Counted from the first letter of the stretch, positions 1-8,060 are shown. The stretch is 16,179 bases of DNA from Promethearchaeota archaeon Loki_b32 (GCA_005223125.1 NJBH01000056.1:1-16179); one strand, 5' to 3'. Notes: generated from the letters alone by a model not told the origin. Program-made: numbers and translations.

Positions 1-15
1 GAAAAATCTCCCTAT

Positions 16-177
16 AAATCTTTTCCTTATACAAAACTATTTTTCGATGGAAATCAAGGTTCACTCTTTTATTTCGACTGGGAGATTATAAGAACAACAG
101 ATTAAGATGCATATTATGATCCAATCTTCTCACCAGCACTGAATTTTGCACCCACTCCCTTTTTTTTCTTTAAATAT
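16..177 (+). repeat. ~160-bp diverged, indel-free repeat (copy A), homologous to 15099-15260
   Basis: Shared blocks GGAAAT.AAGGT, TGGGAGAT, ATTATGATC, TCACCA.CACTGAATTT, then the T-tract/TATA motif, all at identical spacing. Confidence 0.75.
160..176 (+). promoter_or_regulatory. T-tract + TATA promoter motif TTTTTT[CG]TTTAAATA upstream of radA
   Basis: TTTAAATA at 169-176 preceded by T8-C; one of five copies of the motif in the window. Confidence 0.65.
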
Positions 178-234
178 TCACGATACAATGAGATTTAACA
201 AAATTAAATATAAAGGAGATGATTAGCAAAAAGA

Positions 235-1486
235 ATGGCTGATTTAGATCAAGTGAAAGGAATCGCAGCTCGTCAAATCAAACTTCTCCAAGAAAATGGG
301 ATAAGTACTGCTGAGGCTTTGGCAATGAGTCCTCATTCTACGGTCGCTTCTATTGATGGTCTTGGAGAAAAGACCACTAAAAAGTTGATATGGAATGCAA
401 GAAATGCATTAGGTATGACTGAGTTTACAACAGCTGCAAAGATTGATGACAATGTAGAATATTTTACAACTGGTTCTGCTGAATTAAATCGCATTTTAGG
501 TGGGGGATTTCAAACCGGAAAGTTAACCGAAGTGTATGGACCATTTAAGTCTGGAAAAACTGCCTTAGCTCATACACTTTCAGTTACAGTCCAATTGCCT
601 CAAAAGAAAGGCGGAATCGATGGTGCTGTTGCCTATGTAGATACGGAGAATACCTTTTCAAAAGAGAAAATAAAAAGAATTGCCAAACGATTTGAACTTA
701 ACCCTGGTGATGTATTATCAAAGATATTTCATGCTCGAATTTATTCTTCTGACCACCAATCACAAATGATCCAGAAGGCGGAATCACTCTGTAAAACACG
801 TGGAGTACGATTAATAATAGTTGATAGTCTGATGGCATTACTTAGATCAGAATATGTAGGCATAGGAAAGCTAGCTCCAAGACAGGCAGTTTTGAATCAG
901 ATGATTCATGGCTTATCTCGAATTGCTGAGACGTATAATTGTGCCGTGTTACTCACAAATCAAGTAGCTGTCAAAATGATGGGCATGTTTTCTTCTAATA
1001 ACGCGATTGGGGGGAATAGTGATAATATATTTAATATATCACTCTCAAATAGTAGCCCATGGATGTCATTTTCGAGTAATGTTCAAGACGAAGGGGTTCT
1101 CAGCGAATAATTCACTAAAGCGACGGGCTGTTATAGTTGATGCTCCTGATTTACCTCCAGAAGAATGCGAGTTTTTCATAACAGGTGCTGGTGTTGCTGA
1201 CACCGATAAGGTAGAGCTTACAGAAGCAACTGGTCTTGATTTTAAAGTGGAGTCTCTCTATGAGGAGGAGGATGCGATTGAAAATGGAACGAATTCAGGT
1301 GTCCCATCAGAATCTGAAATACCATTAACCCTAGTAAAAGGCATAGGGAAGGGGACTGTTGAAAATCTCAATGCTCAAGGAGTTAACAGTATTTCAGAGT
1401 TATTAGCAGTTTTCTGGATGATGTTTCCTAATTTCAAATCCTTTACCTCTCTTAACATGCTTAAACACTTAGATAATATCATTTAA
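235..1486 (+). CDS. radA: RadA/Rad51-family recombinase with C-terminal HhH extension, split by a 31-nt intron-like insertion; predicted join(235..1017,1049..1486), 406 aa
   Basis: N-terminal HhH domain, Walker A GPFKSGKT, Walker B LIIVDS, YVDTENTF, TNQV. The frame changes between NAIGGN and IVAHGCHFRV, and removing 1018-1048 gives GGNIVAHG. C-terminal HhH VKGIGKGTVENL. The last ~25 aa come from the antisense of a neighbouring pseudogene. GGAG SD at 216-219. Confidence 0.93.
1018..1048 (+). other. Candidate bulge-helix-bulge(-like) intron in radA mRNA, 31 nt
   Basis: GGGA 1012-1015 pairs with UCUC 1043-1046 (one G-U). 3-nt bulges are AUA 1016-1018 and AAA 1047-1049. Intron stem GUGAUA 1019-1024 / UAUCAC 1037-1042. 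Cutting after the second nt of each bulge restores the frame. The exon-side helix is weak or shifted. Confidence 0.8.
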
Positions 1487-1764
1487 TAAGTCTATATGAG
1501 AAGCTGAGATATCAATATTATTAGGAATTTGTTAAAGACGTTCTCAAACTTTTCTTGAAAATTCAATAATGTATAAATAATTTCATCATTTTCAGAATTT
1601 GGAATTCCCAAAAGATCTGCTAACTTACTGAAATTAAATTTTTTATCCTAATGATCCTCAACCTCTCCTATACAATCAATTATTTGATTTAATACTCTAA
1701 GAACCTTTCCAAACTGTTCTTTATTAAATTGATCCGAACTTTTTTTACCTGAAGCGGTAGTCAT
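1410..1764 (-). pseudogene. Decayed hypothetical gene, possibly a winged-helix protein
   Basis: ATG at 1764 reads MTTASG...EDH*DKKFNFSKLADLLGIP...KFENVFNKF. The frame breaks near 1525-1530, then NIDISASHIDLLNDII*VFKHVKRGKGFEI. In-frame stops at 1648-1650 and 1469-1471. The 3' end collides with the radA tail. Confidence 0.6.
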
Positions 1765-1806
1765 AAAAAAACTTAATAAAAAGAAAAAATCTCTTTTTAT
1801 GCTTCA

Positions 1807-1823
1807 GCAAAACATTTAAATAC
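1807..1823 (+). promoter_or_regulatory. Canonical purine-rich BRE + TATA for the secreted-protein gene
   Basis: GCAAAACATTTAAATAC; a near-identical GCAAAATATTTATATAC lies at 14263-14279 before the paralog. Confidence 0.6.
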
Positions 1824-1903
1824 TAAATCTATATCTAATAACTTTAACAAAGATTTAAAAAAAACAGTATTTGTTATATTCTAAATTAAATTCATTGAGG
1901 AAG

Positions 1904-2458
1904 ATGAAAAAGTCAAAAATCAAGGCGGGTGTTGTTATTTTCGCCTGTATTGCTCTTTTTCCCCTATTTATAACCGAAGTTAATGCTGCACTAATCGGAC
2001 CCCCGAATCCGCCACCAGTAACAACCGTAGGAGCTCAAGCCAATTTATATATCAGTTATGATGGTTGGCCAAGGTTCGGGTTGAACCTTGATATACAAGC
2101 CAACGTACTCGAGGGAGTGAGATTAGACTGGTGCGTGGGGTGGTGTAACTATTGGGATTATAATGGCTTTGATGGTTACTCGATCGAATGCATAGATTTA
2201 TATCATGACTTCTATTATCTCGCAGGAGCGTTATGGAAATATAAAATAAGTTGGGTATATCGAGTGGTTGTATCGGGTAGTGGTTATTTCGAGTTTACCT
2301 TTTTCGGGGAAATTAATATATGTGGTGAACATTCTTTTGGTTATATATATTCTGAAGGCGGAGGGGCATATTTGGGACCATGGAATTTTGAAATCTATGA
2401 CATCACAGACAATTTTAGAATAGCTATGGATATATGGTTAAACCTTTTTAATTTTTAG
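1904..2458 (+). CDS. Secreted, aromatic/Cys-rich hypothetical protein with Pro-rich mature N-terminus; paralog of 14348..14944
   Basis: ATG 1904 follows GAGG (the ORF track starts at TTG 1871). Signal peptide MKKSKIK-hydrophobic-EVNA, then LIGPPNPPP. C-terminal GPW motif shared with the paralog. Confidence 0.75.
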   Translation: MKKSKIKAGVVIFACIALFPLFITEVNAALIGPPNPPPVTTVGAQANLYISYDGWPRFGLNLDIQANVLEGVRLDWCVGWCNYWDYNGFDGYSIECIDLYHDFYYLAGALWKYKISWVYRVVVSGSGYFEFTFFGEINICGEHSFGYIYSEGGGAYLGPWNFEIYDITDNFRIAMDIWLNLFNF

Positions 2459-2477
2459 GTCTGCCATTAGGGGGATA

Positions 2478-2508
2478 AATTGAATTAATTCAATTCTTTT
2501 TTTTTTTT
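2478..2508 (+). terminator. Palindrome plus T12 tract after the secreted-protein gene
   Basis: AATTGAATTAATTCAATT (perfect 18-bp palindrome) followed by C and 12 T. Confidence 0.6.
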
Positions 2509-2537
2509 AAAAACTTTAAAATCCTTTGGTACTGTTA

Positions 2538-2552
2538 TTTTTTGTTTAAATA
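2538..2552 (+). promoter_or_regulatory. T-tract + TATA motif upstream of FEN1 (and of a possible short uORF)
   Basis: TTTTTTGTTTAAATA followed by TTCATAGTTTATT, similar to 3823-3850. Confidence 0.6.
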
Positions 2553-2714
2553 TTCATAGTTTATTTTTACTCACCTAAAATTAAAGGTGAGAAATAAAAA
2601 TAAGACTTCATCCACTAAGAGCTATTTTCAGACTATACCACATGATAAAAGGCTGGTAGTAACTAATAACTTTTTTTATTTTTTCTTTTTATTTCTCGAG
2701 TTTAACAGTTTAAT

Positions 2715-3800
2715 ATGGGAGTAAAATTACAGCAGATTATTAATATTAAAAAAATAGATTTTCAAAGATTAGCAGGTAAAATTATCGCTGTTGATCCTCC
2801 CAACATCATTTTCAGTCTATTTAATTTTGCTCGGAAAAATACAGGAAATACCAATAATAGCTTAATTTTAGATAGAACCCAGAGACCAATATCACATTTA
2901 TATGGCCTACTCTATCGAATAAATTTTTATTATAGCAAGAAAATATTTCCGGTTTTTTGCTTTGATGGGAAAGTATCCCAGTTAAAAAGAATAATTACTA
3001 AAGATCAGCTTAAAGATTTCCTATTCACTCAGGACTGGTACAAGCAAGCAATTGAGAATGGTAATAAGGAATTAGCACGCCAGATTGCATCAAGTAAAGA
3101 GTATTTGTGGCAAAATATAATTCAAGAATCCAAACAACTTCTTGGGGCATTAGGAATCCCTTATATTGAATCACCCTCTTCGGCAGAATCTCAATGTGCG
3201 TACTTAGTAAAGAAACATTTCGTACATTTTTCCAATTCCCAAGATTATGATTCTCTTCTTTTTGGATGTCCACGTATAATTCAAAACCTCTCAAAATCAA
3301 TGAGAAGAAAAGTTCAAGGAAGATGGACATATAATAAAGTGGAGCCTGTGGTAATCAACTTAGAAAAGAATTTACAACAATTACAGATCTCAATTTTTCA
3401 ATTAGTTGATATGGCACTTTTGATCGGAACTGATTATTTTCCAGGTATCAAAGGGATCGGTCCAAAAAAAGCTCTCCACCTTATTAAAAAGTATAAGAAT
3501 ATAGAGCACATTATCAGACAAGAGAAATCCACCTATGATTTTGATGACTTAACTCACGAGATAATAAAAAATGTACGAAAAATATTCTTAATTCCTGATG
3601 TAATCGAATCGATCGATAATATCCATTGGAACCATCCTAATAGATCTCAAGTAATTTCATTATTATGTCATGAACACAACCTTAACAAAGAAAGAGTTGT
3701 AAAAAATTTTGATAAGTTTGAGACCAATTATGAAAAATGCAGAAAATATTTTTTGTTTCAAAAGAAAGCACCAAAGAAGACACAACTTACCCTATATTGA
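2715..3800 (+). CDS. fen: Flap endonuclease FEN1/XPG family protein, divergent paralog
   Basis: MGVK start, IAVD, SHLYGLLYR, FDG, SQDYDSLLFG, GTDYFPGIKGIGPKKAL (H3TH), C-terminal PIP-like KTQLTLY. Confidence 0.92.
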   Translation: MGVKLQQIINIKKIDFQRLAGKIIAVDPPNIIFSLFNFARKNTGNTNNSLILDRTQRPISHLYGLLYRINFYYSKKIFPVFCFDGKVSQLKRIITKDQLKDFLFTQDWYKQAIENGNKELARQIASSKEYLWQNIIQESKQLLGALGIPYIESPSSAESQCAYLVKKHFVHFSNSQDYDSLLFGCPRIIQNLSKSMRRKVQGRWTYNKVEPVVINLEKNLQQLQISIFQLVDMALLIGTDYFPGIKGIGPKKALHLIKKYKNIEHIIRQEKSTYDFDDLTHEIIKNVRKIFLIPDVIESIDNIHWNHPNRSQVISLLCHEHNLNKERVVKNFDKFETNYEKCRKYFLFQKKAPKKTQLTLY

Positions 3801-3822
3801 TAATGTTCTTCCTATTTCCACA

Positions 3823-3837
3823 TTTTTTGTTTAAATA
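3823..3837 (+). promoter_or_regulatory. T-tract + TATA motif upstream of the TFB-like gene
   Basis: TTTTTTGTTTAAATA, ~50 nt before ATG 3886. The T-tract could also terminate FEN1 transcription. Confidence 0.6.
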
Positions 3838-3885
3838 TCCTCAGTTTATTCATTGGTAACGAAAATTGGTAAAATTGAGGAAGTC

Positions 3886-4488
3886 ATGACTCAGACTCTG
3901 AAAAAACAGGATATTAATATTGATAGTGGTTCTGACTATTATACTAAATTTTATAAGAAACCAAGTGAAGTTAGAGAAACGGTTTTGAATTATTTATTTC
4001 GGAACATCTCTTTTTCTACAAGACGGGATAAAATTAGAGCCGTAACCATTAATGAGAATAATCAGGTTAGTGATATTACTGGAGTTCCTGAGTTTCTTGT
4101 CCATAAATTTATCAGTAGATGTCTTGTAGATATTGTAGTATTTAAGAATTTTCTGAGGGAAAACCCGACCGTCTTAAACTATAAAGGCAAATTACTCATG
4201 ATAAAAATATTATTACGTAAAATCTATCGTCTTGTTCCTGTATTTAATTTAAGAAGAGCAATCGAAAATGCGAGAAGACTTCAAGAGAAATTGGGTAGAC
4301 TGTATTTTTGGCCACAGATCATGACTCAAGTAGCGGTCGTCATTTTTATTACCGACTTGTTAGATACCCAAAGAGATATGAAAGTTATACAATCTAATTT
4401 GAGAGTTTTATGTAGTTGCTCTGCTTATGCGTTTCATAGGACTCGTAATAAAATAGGATTGACTTCTGAGTATATCAAGAGCCTATAA
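3886..4488 (+). CDS. Hypothetical protein with a divergent TFB/TFIIB-like C-terminal cyclin repeat and no Zn ribbon
   Basis: ATG 3886 follows GAGG (the ORF track starts at TTG 3853). RRAIE...P..TQVAVVIFITDLLD...KVIQSNLRVLCSCSAYAFHRTRNKI aligns by eye with the archaeal TFB repeat-2 pattern RRAIE...P.GLVAAALYIASLLE.K.TQ.EVA.VA.VTEVTVRNRYKEL. A partial paralog at 13920-14199 supports coding status. Confidence 0.6.
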   Translation: MTQTLKKQDINIDSGSDYYTKFYKKPSEVRETVLNYLFRNISFSTRRDKIRAVTINENNQVSDITGVPEFLVHKFISRCLVDIVVFKNFLRENPTVLNYKGKLLMIKILLRKIYRLVPVFNLRRAIENARRLQEKLGRLYFWPQIMTQVAVVIFITDLLDTQRDMKVIQSNLRVLCSCSAYAFHRTRNKIGLTSEYIKSL

Positions 4489-4610
4489 GAATGAAACTCA
4501 AACTCAACATTTATTCCAGAATCAAAAAAAGCTTGATAACATTATGCGACATTATTATCATCAAATTAAATTATTAAGAACACGATTTAAGAAAAAATCA
4601 TAGATTAAAT

Positions 4611-5084
4611 CTAAAACAAGTTCTCAATTTTCTGATATGATGTAAGCTTTAGTAAATATTCATTCTGAAACACATCCTTCACCTTATATTTTTTAAAGTA
4701 TACTCTGCTGATATCTCTGATAATATTTTTGAGGCTGTCAATATCTAATTTATTTTGAACTCCAAAGAAGAGAAAATTTATTTTCTGATGGAATTTCGCT
4801 TGAATATAGTTTTTTGATTTTAAATAATTCAATAGCTCTATGGCTTTAGTTAATAATGATGAGATGTTATTTGAATCTATTTTCTCATAATTACCATAAA
4901 AAGTAAAATCTCCAGTTTTAAAAATTTTAATTAGGAACTTCTCTTTTGCTGAATTATTCTCTAATTTAATAATAAATTCAGTCTCTTCCTTAGATTTAAA
5001 ACCAACGTCAATTATATCCTTTTTAATTCCATCTAAATCATTAAATCTCATATCAAGAGGTTTAAAATTAATACCTATTTTCAT
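4611..5084 (-). CDS. Hypothetical protein, possibly a TBP-like fold; last gene of a 3-gene operon
   Basis: 157-aa ORF translationally coupled (TAATG overlap at 5084). IKIFKTGDFTFYG resembles the TBP-fold IF.SG.....G motif. Confidence 0.6.
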   Translation of the reverse strand: MKIGINFKPLDMRFNDLDGIKKDIIDVGFKSKEETEFIIKLENNSAKEKFLIKIFKTGDFTFYGNYEKIDSNNISSLLTKAIELLNYLKSKNYIQAKFHQKINFLFFGVQNKLDIDSLKNIIRDISRVYFKKYKVKDVFQNEYLLKLTSYQKIENLF

Positions 5085-6151
5085 TAGTCCTCCTCTTCCT
5101 CATTTTTAGTAGTATCAAAAGCATAATTCCATCGATCCTTAATTCTTCTATGGAATCTTATATGCTCTTCCATATCTGTATATATTGTCCTCCTTTCTTT
5201 ATGTAATTCACTAAGTCTTTTTTTATTTTCAATTATACTAGCTTCAGATTCACTTAAGTCTTGGATATCCATCATTAATTCTTCCTTTATAATTTTATTC
5301 TCTATAGTATCTACGGATTCATTAAGAATATCAAGCATGTTTTTATTAATTCTATGAGTATCAGCATTTAATATCCTTTCAGCAGTTTGGATTTGATCGT
5401 CGAAATCTTTTAAAGATTGAAAACCATAACTTGCGGATTCACCAATATCCGGTTGTATAGATGCGAGAAAAACACCATATGGTATTTTGCACTTATGAAG
5501 TAACTCTTGGCGGGAGATAATACCTTGATTTTGATTATAAACATATCCAAGAATTGTCAATAACTTATTCTCATAATTATTAGGAAATCGAAGTTTTAAA
5601 TATTCAATAAGTTCTGTGATCATAGATTCACATTGTATTTGAATCCCTCGTATTCCTCGTAAAAATCGATTACGTTCCGAGAGTTCTAATTTCTTTATTT
5701 CTCTCTGAAAAGGAGTGTTGATTTGTCTAAACCTCTGGATTTGTCCGATAAATCTTTGGTAAGTTATTCGATTTCTGGACAGAGAATAGCAGTAATTAAA
5801 GAAATTTCGGAGCATAGGAGCAAATGTTTGATTTGTCTCTAAGATAAATAATAGTGCTTTGTCACGTTCGTTATAATCCTTATAAATATTGATAAATGTT
5901 GGTAAAACTCCTCTGAAAAAGGAATTGATGTTATATTGACCTGTTTCTTGATATTTACATTGGTAAAATCTGATTACATTTACATCGTGACTATTGTTAT
6001 AATGATCATGTATGTAATCTGCACCTTCAATTTCATAATTAATCTCTTTGAAACTTTTTATTACCAATTTATAAGCCACAATTACATCTTGATATCTATA
6101 TCCCTTTTTAGCTAGGATACCTGATATTTTCTCTCGTTCAGAGACTGACAT
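5084..6151 (-). CDS. PD-(D/E)XK nuclease, Cap4/DUF4297-like N-terminal domain, with C-terminal coiled coil
   Basis: Motifs GYRYQD, E.EGAD, FYQCK; heptad- and charge-rich C-terminus. Confidence 0.7.
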   Translation of the reverse strand: MSVSEREKISGILAKKGYRYQDVIVAYKLVIKSFKEINYEIEGADYIHDHYNNSHDVNVIRFYQCKYQETGQYNINSFFRGVLPTFINIYKDYNERDKALLFILETNQTFAPMLRNFFNYCYSLSRNRITYQRFIGQIQRFRQINTPFQREIKKLELSERNRFLRGIRGIQIQCESMITELIEYLKLRFPNNYENKLLTILGYVYNQNQGIISRQELLHKCKIPYGVFLASIQPDIGESASYGFQSLKDFDDQIQTAERILNADTHRINKNMLDILNESVDTIENKIIKEELMMDIQDLSESEASIIENKKRLSELHKERRTIYTDMEEHIRFHRRIKDRWNYAFDTTKNEEEED

Positions 6152-6174
6152 ATATAAATACTCGAATCTAAAAT

Positions 6175-7578
6175 TTAGATGTTAATTTCTTTTATTATTC
6201 TCTCTTGAATTTCTGCTAAATCCTCATCGTCATTGGCATAATAATAAAATTTAGGATTAATGGTTATTGTTTCTTTAAGCTTTTCTATACTTTTATTAAA
6301 CTCCTTTTTTAATGCATAATAACATGCAAGATTATAATTCGCTCTTGATTCTTCTAAAATGTTCCCTTTAATTTCTTCAGAATTAAGAGCTTTATTTGTA
6401 AAATCGATTGCTTTTTCTTGATCTCCCATTTTACTATAAACTAAGCCTAAATTTAGTAATGTAATGTAAGAATCCTTATATTTTTCTAAAATTTTATTCC
6501 CTAATTCTAAAGCTCCCTTTAAATCATCATTATCAATTCTAACTTTCAATAACGTATTTGATAATTCCTTGGAAAACTCCTCTTCATTAAATTTCTTTTC
6601 TATCTCTTCTCGATTTTCTATATTCATCTGCTTACTAATCTTATCCCAATTTTTCTGACAAGTGTAAAATTCAAATAAAATTTCCTTTAAATTTTCCAAG
6701 GATAATCCTAAGTCTATTTTTTCTAAATTCTTCAATGAATTTAATATTTGATTTAGGTAATGTAAAATTAAAACTATAATTGAATGATACTGAGAATCAA
6801 ATTTAATTATCTGTTCTTTAAGCATTAAAGAATATCTAAACCGGATATCGCCCCCAGGTGAAAAGAACAGACTCGATTTAACTTTAGTTGATAGATCAGT
6901 ATTACTGCTATTGATTTTAGAAGGCTTTTTATCATTTTTTGTTTCTAAAAATTTATCTCTATATTGAAAAATATCAATGAACACAGTTTCTATATCATTT
7001 AATCTCTGGTTCCGTAATGCTAGAATTATTTTCTCTTCCACTATTTGAATACTTTTATTAATATCATTTAATATATGGTTTATGAAAGAGATTACAGATG
7101 GAAGATCCATTTCGAAATAAACTAATTCCCCAGAATGTTTTGTTAACCGCGAATAATATTTAATTTCTTCATCCTTCGAAATTAAAAAAGCTGAAGATAT
7201 TCTTGTCCAACACAATTCAAGCATATGTGGTTTCAATTTACGAATTTTCCTTCCAAAAGTAGCAGAGAGTATTTTAATCGTAGCCAAAAATTCATCATTA
7301 TTCTCGACATCAATGTCTTTAATGAATTTCTCAACCATTTCGTTAAACCTAGCTATAGAATTGATTAAAAATACTGAAAATGTATTACTAAATAAATTTT
7401 CTAGGTCATCAAGTATTTCCTTAATGAGAGAATCCGAATCCGTATTATAATCAAATAATTCAGATATTAATGTGAAAATTGTTTTATTTCCCCATTTTTC
7501 TTTTATTTCAAGAAATTTTCCAATGCCTTCTTTAATGTCCTCTTTATCTTCATCTCTTATTTCCTCGATAAAACTCAT
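6175..7578 (-). CDS. Alpha-helical protein with C-terminal TPR repeats
   Basis: LLNLGLVYSKMGDQEKAIDFTNKAL and YNLACYYALKKEFNKSIEKLKETITINP...A..DEDL are typical TPR and TPR-capping motifs. Confidence 0.8.
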   Translation of the reverse strand: MSFIEEIRDEDKEDIKEGIGKFLEIKEKWGNKTIFTLISELFDYNTDSDSLIKEILDDLENLFSNTFSVFLINSIARFNEMVEKFIKDIDVENNDEFLATIKILSATFGRKIRKLKPHMLELCWTRISSAFLISKDEEIKYYSRLTKHSGELVYFEMDLPSVISFINHILNDINKSIQIVEEKIILALRNQRLNDIETVFIDIFQYRDKFLETKNDKKPSKINSSNTDLSTKVKSSLFFSPGGDIRFRYSLMLKEQIIKFDSQYHSIIVLILHYLNQILNSLKNLEKIDLGLSLENLKEILFEFYTCQKNWDKISKQMNIENREEIEKKFNEEEFSKELSNTLLKVRIDNDDLKGALELGNKILEKYKDSYITLLNLGLVYSKMGDQEKAIDFTNKALNSEEIKGNILEESRANYNLACYYALKKEFNKSIEKLKETITINPKFYYYANDDEDLAEIQERIIKEINI

Positions 7579-7856
7579 GATTTAGATCACTAAATAATTT
7601 CTGAATTTTTTTTATTATATAAGATTAATATGTTATAAAATTGTGAATCCAAATAAAAATAATATTTATTGGATACTTTAAGATTTTAATAAACCAAATA
7701 TATCATAACAATTAAGAATATTGAATTTTTATTTTCAAAATCATCAAAAACTCAAAATTCCAATTTTCAAAAAACAATACATTTCACATAAGAGTTTTGG
7801 ATTTACATATTTAATTTAATAAATTTATTCTGTAGCTCAAATTTAAAGAAAAAAAA

Positions 7857-8060
7857 TTATTTAATATTTTTTATATGTCTGAAATATAATATTGGAATAA
7901 TTATAAACAAAAGTAACGTTTCAATAATCAGAAAAGAAAGTATATAAGTAACTTGGTCACGTGCAGAACGCCAGTACCAATAAAATTCAGTAAGTTCTGG
8001 GTTAATAAAATCTGAAGGACTTGTCCTTGTAAAAAGGATAACCACTTCAATTATCATCAA
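7857..8060 (-). CDS. Small membrane protein or gene fragment
   Basis: 67 aa with hydrophobic N- and C-terminal segments. The frame is open further upstream, overlapping the 88-aa ORF. Confidence 0.4.
   Translation of the reverse strand: MMIIEVVILFTRTSPSDFINPELTEFYWYWRSARDQVTYILSFLIIETLLLFIIIPILYFRHIKNIK

Noticed and set aside
1015-1053. AATAGT direct repeat as a target-site duplication of a transposon footprint in radA
   Set aside because: Removing the 33 bp leaves the gene out of frame; only the 31-nt excision regenerates GGNIVAH.
3870-3884. 15-bp inverted match TAAAATTGAGGAAGT with 13897-13911
   Set aside because: AT-rich, and the second copy is ordinary XPD coding sequence (KIEEV); chance is plausible.
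4534-4566. TGATAACATTATGCGACATTATTATCA as a dif-like or att site at the island edge, weakly similar to 10171-10193
   Set aside because: Only one Xer-like arm is present and the partner match is short and AT-rich.
7841-7860. Minus-strand TTTTTTTTCTTTAAAT as a sixth promoter motif
   Set aside because: It directly follows a stop codon, lacks the final A and is ~260 nt from the next gene; more likely a terminator.
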